A stretch of 64,000 nt of DNA from positions 114,888,001 to 114,952,000 of the forward strand of contig CM059432.1 of the NCBI GenBank assembly GCA_030390025.1, written 5' to 3'. A program made the translations under genes and the position numbers. The notes beneath the pieces are model-generated. The model saw nothing but the letters and a program-made list of their open reading frames with translations, searched no databases and was not told the DNA's origin. This DNA comes from Squalus acanthias (Eukaryota). Positions within the stretch are counted from its first letter, which is position 1, and each line of letters starts with the position of its first letter. Positions 14,301-27,542 of the stretch are shown here, piece by piece.

Positions 14301-14974
14301 AATCTTGGACACACACTAAACAACCCAATACCTTGTCACACTTGCCAGTCCTCCCCATCCTCATGGCTAGGCCTGATTTTATGCACAATATGATTATTAC
14401 ATAATGAGCACAGTTACTAATGAAGGTTGTGAAATAAGAATACATGTTAAAAAGAAATTAACTAATAAATACTCCCTCAGTACTGCAGTGAAGTGTCAGC
14501 CTAGATTATGTGCTCATGTCTTTGGAGTGAGACTCCAAAGTGGAACCCACAACCTTCTGACTCAGAGGAGAGAGTGCTACCACTGAGCCAAGGCTGACAC
14601 AATGGGGATTAAATTGAATAGTGCAGGAGAACGGGCGTAGGGATCGGGATCCATGATTAACCCTGTCTGCTGATTGCAATGCAGGTGGCACATAAAATCC
14701 GTGCTGCCTGCTAATTATAATGAATGCTTAGTGCAGCTAGTGCGACCCGGGCTATTCATTGGCTGCACGCATGAGGAGAGGACCCGACATCGGGAGTGCA
14801 GAATGCTACTTAAAGGCAGCCAACACTTCTTAAAGGGGAGCTGCATTGTGGCTGCCGACTGATTGAAAATTGTCTCTGTGAGGTGAAATAGCAGAAATTA
14901 GAAGAGAACATGCACCAAGGTTCTCGGATGCTGCACTAGAGGCCTTGACGCAGGAGGCAGACAGAAAGAGGGCC

Positions 14975-16838
14975 ATAAATGCGGACGGTAAAAGCTTCTA
15001 CAAGTATGTAAAAATAAAAATATTAGTGAAGACAAATGTAGGTCCCTTACAGTCAGAAACGGGAGAATTTATAATGGGGAACAAGGAAATGGCAGAGCAA
15101 TTCAACAAATACTTTGGTTCTATCTTCACAGAAGAGGACACAAATAACTTCCCAGAAATGCTAGGGAAACAAGGATCTAGTGAGAAGGAGGAATTAAAGG
15201 AAATTAGTATTAGTAAAAAAATAGTGCCGGAGAAATTAATGGGACTGAAAGCCATTAAATCCCCAGGGCCTGATAATCTGCATCCCAGAGTACTAAAAGA
15301 AGTAGCCATGGAAATAGTGGATGCATTGGTTGTCATCTTCCAAAATTCTATAGATTATGTAACAGTTCCTGCAGATTGGAGGGTGGCAAATGTAACCCCA
15401 CTATTTAAAAAAGGAGAGAGAAAACAGGGAACTACAGACCGGTTAGCCTAACATCAGTAGTAGGGAAAATGCGAGAGTCTATTATAAAGGATGTGATAAC
15501 AGGACACTTAGAAAATATCAATGGGATTAGACAAAGTCAACATAGATTTATGAAAGAGAAATCGTGTTTGACAAACCTACTGGAGTTTTTTGAGGATGTA
15601 ACTGGTAGAATAGATAAGGGAGCACCAGTGGATGTGGTGTATTTGGATTTACAGAAGGCCTTTGATAAAGTCCCACGTAAGAGGTTAGTGTGCAAAATTA
15701 AAGCACATGGGATTGGGGGTAATATACTGGCATGGATTGAAAATTGGTTAACAGACAGGAAACAGAGAGTAGGAATGAATGGGTCTTTTTTGGGATGGCA
15801 GGCGGTGACTAGTGGGGTACCGCAGGGATCAGTGCTTGGGCCCCAGCTATTCACAATATATATCAATGATTTGGATGAGGGAACCAAATGTAATATTTCC
15901 AAGTTTGCTGATAACAAGAAACTAGGTGGGATTGTGAGTTGTGAGGAGGATGCAAAGAGGCTTCAAGGCGATTTAGACAAGTTGAGTGAGTGGGCAAATA
16001 CATGGCAGATGCAGTATAACATGGATAAATGTGAAGTTATCCACTTCGGTAGAAAAAACAGAAAGGCAGAGTATTATTTAAATGGTGATAGATTGGGAAA
16101 TGTTGATGTACAAAGGGACCTGGGTGTCCTTGTGCACCAGTCACTGAAAGCAAACAGGCAGGTGCAGCAAGCAGTTAGGAAGGCAAATGGTATGTTGGAC
16201 TTCATTGCAAGAGGATTTGAGTACAGGAGCAAGGATGTCTTACTACAGTTATACAGGGTCTTGGTGAGACCACACCTGGAGTACTGTATGCAGTTTTGGT
16301 CTCCTTACCTAAGAAAGGATATACTTGCCATAGAGGGCGTGCAGCGAAGATTCACCAGACTGATTCCTGGGATGGCAGGACTGTCGTATGAGGAGAGATT
16401 GGGTCGACTAGGCCTGTATTCACTAGAGTTTAGAAGAATGAGAGGGGATCTCATTGAAACGTATAAAATTCTGACAGGGCTAGACAGACTGGATGTAGGG
16501 AGGATGTTTCCCCTGGCTGGGGGGTCGAGAACGAGGGGTCACAGTCTCAGGATACAGGGTAGGACATTTAGGACTGAGATGAGGAGAAATTTCTTCACTC
16601 AGAGGGTGGTGAAGCTGTGGAATTCTCTACCACAGAAGGCTGTGGAGGCCAAGTCACTGAATATACTTAAGAAGAAGGAGATAGATAAATTTCTAGACAC
16701 AAAAGGCATTAAGGGGTATGGGGAGAGAGGGGGAATATGGTATTGAGATAGAGGATCAGCCATGATCATATTGAATGGCGGAGCAGGCTCGAAGGGCCGA
16801 ATGGCCTACTCCTGCTCCTATTTTTCTATGTTTCTATT
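14975..16838 (+). mobile_element. 5'-truncated CR1 LINE inserted in Harbinger 2
   Basis: [26 protein letters not shown] and [10 protein letters not shown] motifs. The 425-aa ORF has FADN in place of the catalytic FADD. CR1 3' UTR and tail present. Confidence 0.95.
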
Positions 16839-17469
16839 TTGTATCCCCAGGGGGCAGGAAGCTTTCCAGACACTGATACGTAGGCAGTGGGAGGAGGAGG
16901 CAGGCGAGGTGAATGCGAGGAGCATGGCTCCTCGGACATGGATGCAGTGCAAGAAGTTCAATGATCTGACATGAGCTATGAAGGTAAGATCAATCTTCAA
17001 ATGGCCTCTCATAACTGCTGCACCACTCATAGCCTCCAACTGCTAAATTCACAGCACTTTCATCCCCCATCTACCTGCAATCTTCAACAATCAGTACAGC
17101 ACAGTTCAATTAATATCCTTTAACGCAACCTCACACACTCAGCACTATTACAAACTTCACACCCACAAGTCATATTTCACACACACAATGGCAGTTATTC
17201 AACTATGACAGCCATATTACTCAAACATATCACAAGACTCAATAACACACTTCCCTTTTTCTTGCAGGAGAAGATGGTGCATAACACTAGGCAGCAGACT
17301 GTCACCGGTGGAGGAGCAACATGACTACATACCCATTACTCCATTGAGGATACGATGCTGCCGATAATGGGAAGGGGCAGAGTGGAGGACGTGGCCACTG
17401 ATTATGCTGGACGACTTGCTGAGCAGTGTTTCTTCATACCAAATTCTTCTTCTCTTTTCTCCCTCACCC

Positions 17470-18251
17470 CGTATCCTGAGACTGTGACCCCTCGTTCTCG
17501 ACCCCCCAGCCAGGGGAAACATCCTCCCTGCATCCAGTCTGTCTAGCCCTGTCAGTATTTTACATGTTTCAATGAGATCCCCTCACATTCTTCTAAACTC
17601 TAGTGAATACAGGCCTAATCGACCCAATCTCTCCTCATACGACAGTCCTGCCATCCCAGGAATCAGTCTGGTGAATCTTCGCTGCACGCCCTCTATGGCA
17701 AGTATATCCTTTCTTAGGTAAGGAGACCAAAACTGCACACAGTACTCCAGGTGTGATCTCACCAAGGCCCTGTATAACTGTAGTAAAATTGAGAGGTCGC
17801 ACAACACCAGGTTATAGTCCAACAGTTTTATTTGAAATCACAAGCTTTCGGAACTATCGCTCCTTCCTCAGGTGAAGTAAATTGGATACAGAATCGTCAG
17901 AGCATATATAGATGGAAAAAAAAGCATGTGTACTTTACAATTGCAGACCAATTTAATTTATTGGTCTGCAATTGTAAAGTACACATGCTTTTTTTTCCAT
18001 CTATATATGCTCTGACGATTCTGTATCCAATTTACTTCACCTGAGGAAGGAGCGATAGTTCCGAAAGCTTGTGATTTCAAATAAAACTGTTGGACTATAA
18101 CCTGGTGTTGTGCGACCTCTCAATTTTGTCCACCCCAGTCCAACACCGGCATCTCCGCATCATAACTGTAGTAAGACATCCTTGCTCCTGTACTCAAATC
18201 CTCTTGCAATGAAGGCCAACATACCATTTGCCTTCCTAACTGCTTGCTGCA
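17470..18251 (-). mobile_element. Internal CR1 fragment with no 3' tail, split by a palindromic insertion
   Basis: Reverse complement of about 16163-16556 of the neighbouring CR1 copy. Confidence 0.9.
17787..18161 (+). mobile_element. Short palindromic Penelope-like derivative with a hammerhead motif
   Basis: About 166-bp inverted arms around a 7-nt loop plus a 3' extension. 13-bp TSD ATAACTGTAGTAA (17774-17786 / 18162-18174). CTGAGGA-stem-GAAA core at 18041-18066. Confidence 0.8.
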
Positions 18252-20509
18252 GATGCTCTCAACACACACTTCTTTTCTGCTCTCCCCACACCACAACCTA
18301 ACCCTTGTCACTTTTTGATTTTAACTCACCAGGATGTGGAAGTCCCTCAGCCAGTGGAGGAACATGACAAGAGCAATGATGACGATGCACCATCACTTGA
18401 TCTCACTCTCACAGCCACCAGATCAGATACTGACACCAGAGGCTAGGGTAGAGGAGGGATCTGCATGTATTGAGTCACTGAGCACAAGATGGGAGGGACA
18501 GGACACCAGCTCGCCAGAAGGCGAGGTCGCATTTTTGCTGCAGAGGATTCAGGTGCGGACTTTGATGGACCAGGCTACCGAATAAGGCTAATGGGCATAC
18601 ACTAAGAAATATTTGGTCGCGGACCATGGAGGAGTCCACCTCCAATATCATAGGGCTTTGTGCAGAGCTTGTAGCCCATCCTCTCCAAAGTGGAATGGGT
18701 GATCATCTTCATCAACACAGCTGTGGAACCCATCATGATGGAGCATCGCATGACCAATCTGACAGCTTCCATCACAGCACACATGTTGCCATGGAATCTC
18801 AGATGGCTGCCATCTTGGCTCCAGGTGCCACTGTTGAACAGGACTTCTCGGGCATCACAGCAGTCCAGCACTGTATTCTCCAACAGATGACTAAGAGTGC
18901 TGAGGCGCCACCCCAGGAGAGTGGCAGTGGCTCCATGGGAGATGAACCTGCTGTCCTCTCTCACGATGACAGCATTCCTGCCCCCACTCCTGCCACTACA
19001 TCAGTGCCCTTGCTGTTGTCTGTCAGCCAGCCGGCCCAGACTGCTGCAGCCCAGGCCGAGATGGTACAGTTTGCAGCCGGGCCTTCTAGGCCCAGAGCTG
19101 CTTGAGGTTGTCCTCCAAGGCCATGCGCAGTTTCCTCAATAGAAGCTCAGCAGCCTTCCACCTACCAAGCTCCAGCCACTGGAGAAACATCTTGCAGAAG
19201 TACCAGGATAGGGAAAGGAACACAAAAGACAGGTATTAAGGGCATGCACATGGGTGATTAGTTTCATTTTGTGTGCAGAATTACATTATTGATTTGATAA
19301 ATTTGGACTTAGATTTCCATTTGGTGTTGGTATTTATATTTGAAGTCATGTGAGGGAAAAAGAGGACAATGTGATAGTTATTGTGAGAAGAAAGGTAAGG
19401 AATGTAAGACTGCTGGTGAATGGGGACTTGGAATTGTCGTTAGTGGAAGCGCTCCTCAATCAGCTGATCTTGTAGAGCCCTGGCAGAAAGTGGCTGTTTT
19501 GGTTGCTGTCTCTCTTCCTACTTTTCCTGTTCCTCCTCCTCAATTTGTCAGCTTGCAGATGGTAGGAAGTGCTGGTCCCTCATGATGGCGAAATTATGCA
19601 GCATGCAGCAGATGACCATAAATCTGGATACCCACTCAGTGATGTACTGCAGGGCTCCTCCTGAATGGTCCAGTGAGGGTAGGTGTTACTTGAGGACACC
19701 AATTGTCTGCTCAATGATATTGCTTGTGGCATGGCTCTCATTGTACTCCTGCTGTGCAAGTGTGTGTGGGTTCCTAACCGGAGTCATGAGCCATGTCAGG
19801 AGGGGATAACCCTTGTCACCTAACATACACTGCTCCTCACTGAAGTTGAGGTAGGAGAAGTGCTCCCTCAAGACCCTCTGTGGATATGGCCTCCACCTGA
19901 GTGCTCTCTTCCTCCTGCCTCTTTTGGAAGCTGGTCCTGCTCTGTGGTGTCTTCTTCATTCTCCCAGTCATGCTTTTTCCAAAGGCAGGCCTACCAGGCC
20001 ACCCATTTCTGGAGGCAGATAATTTAAGGAGACAACAACAACAGGAGTGCAAGAGCAGTCAGACCTCTCTCTGTGCAGACAAATTCAAATTTAAACAGTG
20101 CCAGAACTCAGCAAAAGTCACCTAGAAGTCGAGCAGCCGTCAAAAGTAATAATCCAGCAACTAACCTGTAAGATCTGCATGATCCCTTTAAATACCGCTG
20201 GTGAGGGGGCCTTCATGCTGGTTACCATCACGTTCTGCTGAGTGAGGTCAGCACGTGGCATCCGGTTCACTGGGGCCTTCCAATACGGCCTGCAATCAAT
20301 CTCCTCTGCAGGTTGCCAGCGTGCAATAACCTCACGAGCACTACCTCCTGCAGCAAGGTGGCACGCTGTACACTTCCTATCAGAACTATGCTTGTGGATC
20401 TTGCATGTCATTTGGGTGGTCACGTGGCTCCTGAAAAACAGGTACTACATGGGCCAATTTCACCCCCTTTGTCTATAGTTTTGTGATATCAATCGATTAA
20501 AAAGCCTAA

Positions 20510-20930
20510 AAGAAAAGACTTACACACATATAGTGCCTTATCACATCTCTGAGAAACTTCTCAAATCACTTCACTTTGAGGTGTAGTGACTATTATTATG
20601 TAGACAAATTCCACAAGCAGCAATAAGATGAATGACCAATTCATCTGTTTTGGTGATATTGTTGAGGGAGGAAAGTAGGCCAGGACACCAAGAGAACTCC
20701 TTGCTATTCTTCAAATTGTGCCATGGGATCTTTAATGTCCACCTGAATCAAAGAAACAGGCAGATAGTGTCTCTGTTTAATGTATCATCTGAAGGACGGC
20801 CCATCTGACAACACGGCACCCCGAGTACTGCATTGAAGTGTCAGTCTCGATTATGTGCTCAAGTCCTGGAGTAGGGATTAAAACCACAACTTTACGATTT
20901 GCAAGTAAGCGTGCTGTGAACTGAGTCACT
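20510..20930 (-). mobile_element. tRNA-derived DeuSINE-like (SacSINE1-like) SINE
   Basis: Homologous to the copy at 38390-38712, with the central block TCCCATGGCAC...GAAGA...GTGTCCTGGCC on the minus strand. The family name is recalled, not searched. Confidence 0.65.
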
Positions 20931-22431
20931 TACACTTTTTAACCTAATGCCACTCTTGAATTAAAAAAAATTCTTGCACCTCACTAATTTTCTCCTTCTT
21001 CTTATGGTATTGACTCCTTGTTAAGGTTTTAGAGCCTGGTCCATGTGATTGTCCAAGGCGTGAGCCTTGATAATGAGTATTGGGAAGCTGTTTAATTGCA
21101 AGACACATCACCACAAAACTCACACCCAGAACACAGAACCAATTTAAAGCACAAGAGGACACAATGGACCCTTATTCTAATCGAACAGCACGACACTAAA
21201 ATCATTAATCAATCATTAAATATAGAATCAGTTATTTGTTTAGAACATACAACTATAACCTAGATTTATTTGCCAGCCAATCACTGAGTTATTTTTAATG
21301 TTCCAGTAATTAAATTAATGACTGCATTTCTAGAGAGCTATGTGCAAATCACAATTCAATAAAACTTGCACGCTCAGAACATCTAGGCCCCATTAAAGTA
21401 TGTTTTCAAAAAATGCTTGTCGAAGATATAGTTGAAACCATCATAATTTATTCTAAAAATATTCCTCCTGTCATTGTTACTCACCTCCACATGTCCTCTT
21501 GGAATGACAGGAAATGGGTTATGCAGTCTTCCATAGCACCCAATGTCAATCCTTTACTGTACTAATATAAGGCACACAACTTGCTACTGGATGAAACAGT
21601 CAGTCAATCTTTCCCTTCACTTCCACCTCCCTGGTAATAAGCAGATCTAAAGCATTGTTACTTTTCTTGAGGATCGTGATCCCAGCCAACACTTTGTTCA
21701 AGGACCGCTCTCAGGAATGCTGTAACATGTTGCACTATGGAGTGATAGGACATCGGCCTGTGATTCTGATTCCCCCATACAACAAGATCCTGATTCCAGA
21801 TACATGGGGTGAAATAGGACTTCACGGCACTGGGCAGAAAACGGGTACAAAAGGGTTCAACATGCCGCGGCCTCTTTAGGCACATGCAGAATGCACTGCA
21901 CCCAGATTCAGGTGTGATCCAATTTCTAGACTAGGTAGTCATAGGTGAAGGGGCATCGCAAATGGCCTTGTGCCACATTACAACTATTACTGGTCTAAGG
22001 AGTTTACAGTCTTTCTTAGCAGCCTAGTGAAAAGCTGACAAAGTCCACCATAAGCATCTCTGGCAGATTTGAGCACTAATGAACACAACTGCATGAAACT
22101 AGTTACCAAACCAGTGTGCTACTACCATGCACAAGAGATGTTTAAATAAATCCCATGCATATCAAAACAAGGACTAATCTTTTAGTAATTTCACCTTGGA
22201 CTGTATTACTGCATATAACAGGAAAAATGTATTTAACAAAACTATTAAATTTCAATACACAAGCAGCTTTCAGTTGAATTAAAAACCCTGCAAATTTGAT
22301 AAACTGGAGGATGCTAACACCTTCTTAACGTATTATAGGGTTAATTTTCCTCACCCTTGCACCCAGGAAATTGAGTATTCTCTGGGTGCAAGGGTCAGGA
22401 AAAAAGAGCACCTTTAATATTGCCACAGGAT

Positions 22432-23358
22432 TTACATAGAATCTACAGCACAGAAACAGGCCATTCGGCCCAACTAGTCTGTGCTGGTGTTTTACTCCAC
22501 ACGAGCCTCCTCCCATTCCATTTACCTCATCTCAGCCTTTCAGCATATCTTTCTATTCCCTTTTCTCTCATGTACTCGTCTAGTTTCCTTTGAAAGCATC
22601 TAAGCTATTTGCCTCAGCCACTTCCAGTGGTAGCGAGTTCCACCTTCTAACCACTCTCTGAGTAAAGACATTTCTCCTTATTTCCCGATTATATTTATTA
22701 GTAACTATCTTGTATTTCTGGCCCATAGTTTTTGATTCTCCCACAAGTGGAAACATTCTCTCCAGATCTACCCTGTCCAACCCATTCATAATTTTAAAAA
22801 CCTCTATCAGGTCGCCTCTAAGCCTTCTCTTTTCTAAAGAAAAAAGCCCCAACTTGTTCAATCTTTCCCAATAGCTGTAATATCTCAGTTCTGGTACCAT
22901 CCTTGTAAATCTTTTTTGCACTTTCTCCAATGCTTCTATGTCCTTTTTATAGTATGGTGACCAGAATTGTGCTCAGTACTTTAAGTGCAGCCTGACCAGG
23001 GTCCTGTACAAATTTAACATAACTTCACTACTTTTGAATTCTATACCCCTAGAAGTAAATCCTTGTGCTTTGTTAGCATTTTAAATTGCTTTGCTGACCT
23101 GCGATGCTGCTTTTAATGATTTGTTCACCTGTATCCCTAGATCCCTTTGCTCTTCTACCCCATTCAGTTTCTTATTTTGTAAGGTGCCGGTGATGTTTCT
23201 GTTTTTCCTACCAAGTTGGGGATCATTTGCAAATTTTGAGATTGAGTTACTTGTTCCTACATCATTCATGTACATTATGAATAACAGTGGTCCCAGCACT
23301 GATGCTTGCAGAACATCACTTTCTATTTTCCTCCAATCTGAATAATTACCCTTTACCC
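22432..23358 (-). mobile_element. CR1 LINE 3' fragment
   Basis: LGPLLFIMYMND, QKRFTRMVPEL and RRWNSLP motifs with a 3' tail near 22432. Confidence 0.9.
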
Positions 23359-24710
23359 GGGCTTACTTGGAGAAATGTCAGGTACCATGTCAACGAAGCA
23401 GGTCTCCTGCTTCTTTTTCCACCACTATGCTTGTTGAGTATCCAAGTGTTCTGGGGGGAGGGTTCCAGGAAAGCCGGCACTCTGGCTTGAACCCAGCTGA
23501 CTGGAGGTTCCACGGGGATCTTCGGGCCAGCTGAAGATCACAATGCAGGCTTCCTATATCATTTGTTGCCCCCACCCCCAAGATCTTCAGATTGATTTGG
23601 AACCTTCTGGCTGCTTGTGTGGAAATTGTCAGCCAGAAGTTTCCAATCGCCCAGGTTAGAGAAGAAATTGCAGGCCTAAAAAGTCACCTCTGATGTTCCA
23701 GGGTCTACTGCGAGCACTAGACCCATTCACAGGTATTTAAATGGCCAAGAAAAAAAAGACTTGCATTTATGTAGCGTCTTTCACGACCACCAGACGTCTC
23801 AAAGGGCTTTACAGTCAATGAAGTACTTTTGAAGTTGAGTCACTGTTGTAATGTAGAAAAGACAGGAAACCAGAGCGATCCCAGGGCTGGACAGCACACT
23901 TCAGGTGCACTGGTCCTGTTTAGCATCCGGGAATGTTGACTCATATATCTGGTAGGGTAATTTAAACAGATTACTATGACCACTCACTAATTCACCAGTT
24001 CCTAGATGGTGATTTACATGGTAAAATATATCCTCGTTTAGCTCATAAATTCCCGACAATGTACTGTCTCATAAAATCATTTTATTTGATGGGGTGGTTG
24101 TTAAACATCAAAGTAGGCAAATATATTTTCTGGTTGGCCAATTTTAAGATTAACAAAAAGAGTTAAAAAAGCAGCTCTCTCCTTATACTGTAAAGATAAA
24201 ATACATTTGCATAAACGAAGTCTACCCCGTAAAAGTAAAAAGACTTTTACTGACTATCGTGGGCAGTTCCAACTGTGGGCCAAGCAACTACTTACAAGAA
24301 GACAGAGGATAAACTACAGAAACAATTGTTTTATTACTTCGATTTCATTAGGGCTCTTTAGCTTGCCGTTTGGGAAGCGCCTGCCTCCTAACACCAGAAG
24401 GAGGGAGGGAGGAGGTAAGAGTGTTGAATCCCAGCTCTGGCAACATCTCAGTTTGGTAGGACATGCATGAATGGAGGTTCGGGGATGCATGGAGCACCAG
24501 GTTTTTTTCCCCCGAGGGCAAGTAGGGTTCCCAACATGTCTCCCGAGCACTGCCGCCGGCAACGTGGGAGAAAGGTTTGTTGGGAAATCCACCTACCTTT
24601 TGTTGCAGCTTACTTTATTGAAAGGTCGACGGGTTGGCGTTTTAAAAAAAAAATGGTGTAAGGAGTCTTTTCCCCCACCGCTTGCTGGCCGGAGAGCGTG
24701 AGCACCGGGG

Positions 24711-25380
24711 AGCGGTTTAGACCGCGTGGAGGGAGCCGAGGGCCGGTTAGAGCGCGTGGAGGGAGCCGAGGGCGCGAGGCCCGGGGGGCGGTTAGAGCGC
24801 GTGGAGGGAGCCGAGGGCGCGAGGCCCGGGGGGCGGTTAGAGCGCGTGGAGGGAGCCGAGGGCGCGAGGCCCGGGGGGCGGTTAGAGCGCGTGGAGGGTG
24901 CCGAGGGCGCGAGGCCCGGGGGGGGGAGCGGTTAGAGCGCGTTGAGGGAGCCGAGGGCGCGAGGCCCGGGGGGCGGTTAGAGCGCGTGGAGGGAGCCGAG
25001 GGCGCGAGGCGGTTAGAGCGCGTGGAGGGAGCCGAGGGCGCGAGGCGGTTAGAGCGCGTGGAGGGAGCCGAGGGCGCGAGGCGGTTAGAGCGCGTGGAGG
25101 GAGCCGAGGGCGCGAGGCGGTTAGAGCGCGTGGAGGGAGCCGAGGGCGCGAGGCGGTTAGAGCGCGTGGAGGGAGCCGAGGGCGCGAGGCGGTTAGAGCG
25201 CGTGGAGGGAGCCGAGAGCGCGAGGCGGTTAGAGCGCGTGGAGGGAGCCGAGGGCGCGAGGCCCGGGGGGCGGTTAGAGCGCGTGGAGGGAGCCGAGGGC
25301 GCGAGGCGGTTAGAGCGCGTGGAGGGAGCCGAGGGCGCGAGGCGGTTAGAGCGCGTGGAGGGAGCCGAGAGCGCGAGGGG
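24711..25380. repeat. GC-rich minisatellite with 36/45-bp units
   Basis: Sixteen copies plus one degenerate copy of CGGTTAGAGCGCGTGGAGGGAGCCGAGGGCGCGAGG, some with an added CCCGGGGGG. Confidence 0.97.
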
Positions 25381-27516
25381 CGATTGGAGCCGCCGCGGAT
25401 CGGACGAGGTCTCGCACACTGTAAGCAATTCGAGTTTGTGTCTAAACACAAGTAGCGGTTTTGCCATGAATCGCTGCCTGACAACATTTGCACAGCTACC
25501 CCTCGCTCTGTAACACCATGTCGCGGTAGTGTCACTTGCCAGGGTTTCAAATTGGAATTTACATTTTCTGAATGTGGCACTGCTGACAGGAATCACGATC
25601 AAAGGCGCTGCCTGAGGGTTTTTTTCTTGCCTACGAAAAGCGTTTCGTTTAATTGGACTACATTTGTTTAGGGGAATCAGGGGTGCACGACGTCTCAGGA
25701 GGCGGAGGGGGGGAGAGGGAAATAGGAGACTGGCGGCTTGAGCAGGGGGTGGGGAGGGAGACTGGGGAATGGGTTGGATGTGGTGATCAAAAGTTTCTGC
25801 AGAACCGAGAGCAGCAGCAGCAACGTGGCGAGTGGGAGCAGCGCCATGAGAGGAGCAGCAGCCAGAAAAGGGGCGTGTGAAACCTGGGGACTGACCAGAC
25901 CTTGTGCTGTGCAGGAGGATTCTGGCTGTAGCTTCAGTAGATTAGAGGATTACCACTAGGTACATGTCGGACATTGGGGCGTTACACCAGTTACATATAA
26001 ACTCAGTGAGTAACACTGTTGCTTATGAGGGAAATCTGAAGCCTTGCCAGGCCACCCAGGTCTGGAAGCATACTTCTTTCACCAGAATTTTTTTAATGGC
26101 ACAAAAAGGACTGAAGGACTAGCCAGACCACTCCCTGTAGATTACTAAAACTTTTTTGCCAAGTATAGGAAACCTACAAAAACGCCTATAATTCGACCAG
26201 CAGCCAGAAGAAATAATCAGGCAACTGACCAAGTATTGCATGGTCCCTTTAAAGGAGAGGACCTGGAGGGAGCACAGCAAGAGTGGAGCAGTTAAAAGGA
26301 GCGGCAACAACTCAACAGAGGCAGTTTTTGAAAAAGTGACTTATATCAGAGTAAAAAAAAGTGACATCGACACAAGGGAAGGAGCTGATTGGTGAGTAGC
26401 TGGGGAGTGTTTTTTGTAAAATTTTAAGTTTATTTCTGCTGGGTTAGTTCTTAGTCTATTAAATAGAGGCATGGCAGGGCAGCTCAGTCCCATGGAGTGC
26501 ACATCCTGTGCCATGTGGGAAGCCCTGGACGCTTTGCGTAGCCTGGACGACCACGTGCGGGAAGTGTCGCCAACTACAGCGACTCTAGTTTCGGAGCTAG
26601 AGCGGCGGCTGGAGTAATGGCAGTGCATCCGCGAGGCTGAGAGTTACGTGGATAGAACATTTCTAGAGGTGGTCACCCCACAGCTTAAGAGTATGCAGGC
26701 AGAGAGGGAATGGGTGACCGCCAGACAGAAGAGGAGGACCAGGCAGGTAGAGCAGGAGTCCCCGGAGTGCATCACGCTCTCCAACCAGTATTCTGTTCTG
26801 AGTACTGGTGAGGGCGATGGTTCCTCTGGGGAGTGCAGCCAGAGTCAAGTCCACGGCACCACGGGTGGCTCAGCTGCACAGGGGGGGAGGAAAAAGAGTG
26901 GAAGAGCAATAGTGGTAGGGGATTCGATAGTTAGGGGAGTAGATAGGCGTTTCTGCGGCCATAGACGTGACTCCAGGATGGTATGTTGCCTCCCTGGTGC
27001 CAGGGTCAAGGATGTCACTGAGCGGCTGCAGGACACTGAGGGGGGAGGGTGAACAGCCAGAGGTCGTTGTCCATATCGGTACCAACGACATAGGCAAAAT
27101 GAGGGATGAGGTCCTACAAGCAGAGTTTAGGGAGCTAGGAGAGAGATTAAAAAGCAGGACCTCAAAAGGTAGTAATCTCCGGATTACTCCCGGTGCCACG
27201 TGCTAGTGAGTACAGGAATAGGAGGATAGAACAGATGAAATAACAACAGAAAGCGCTGGAAAAACTCAGCAGGCCAGGCAACATCTGTGGAGAGAGAAAC
27301 AGAGTTAACGTTTCAGGTCGAAGACCCTTCGTCAGAACTGAGAAAAAAGCAGGAAATGAAACAGATGAAAAAGCAAGTTGGAGGCTTGGGAAAGGAATAA
27401 AAGAACAAAAAGGGAGGTCTCTACTTATCACAGACCTCCCCTTTTGTTCTTTTATTCCTTCCCCCAGCCTCCAACTTGCTTTTTCATCTGTTTCATTTCC
27501 TGCTTTTTTCTCAGTT

Positions 27517-27542
27517 CTGACGAAGGGTCTTCGACCTGAAAC
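27517..27542 (+). ncRNA. Minimal hammerhead ribozyme core in the 5' Penelope terminal repeat
   Basis: CTGACGA-AGGGTC-TTC-GACCT-GAAAC fits CUGANGA + stem II + GAAA. An antisense copy lies at 27310-27335. Confidence 0.7.

Larger units (their letters stand above)
14604..20467. mobile_element. PIF/Harbinger DNA transposon 2 (degenerate, internally deleted transposase, nested insertions)
   Basis: Degenerate TIRs GGGGATTAAATTG / CCAATTTCACCCCC. Myb gene remnants on + (APRFSDAALEAL; WEEEAGEVNARSMAPRTWMQCKKFNDL) and transposase remnants on - at about 19440-19990 ([15 protein letters not shown]). Confidence 0.8.

Noticed and set aside
15469..16746. Functional reverse transcriptase ORF
   Set aside because: The copy is 5'-truncated, frameshifted upstream and has FADN instead of FADD.
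24711..25380. Possible CRISPR array (36-bp repeat)
   Set aside because: The units are head-to-tail with no unique spacers, there are no cas genes, and the context is eukaryotic.
24610..25602. Long ORFs of 330, 271 and 232 aa on both strands
   Set aside because: They arise from a GC-rich tandem repeat with unit lengths divisible by 3. The QFETL match to RIM2-beta is coincidental, and no splice context or domain is evident.
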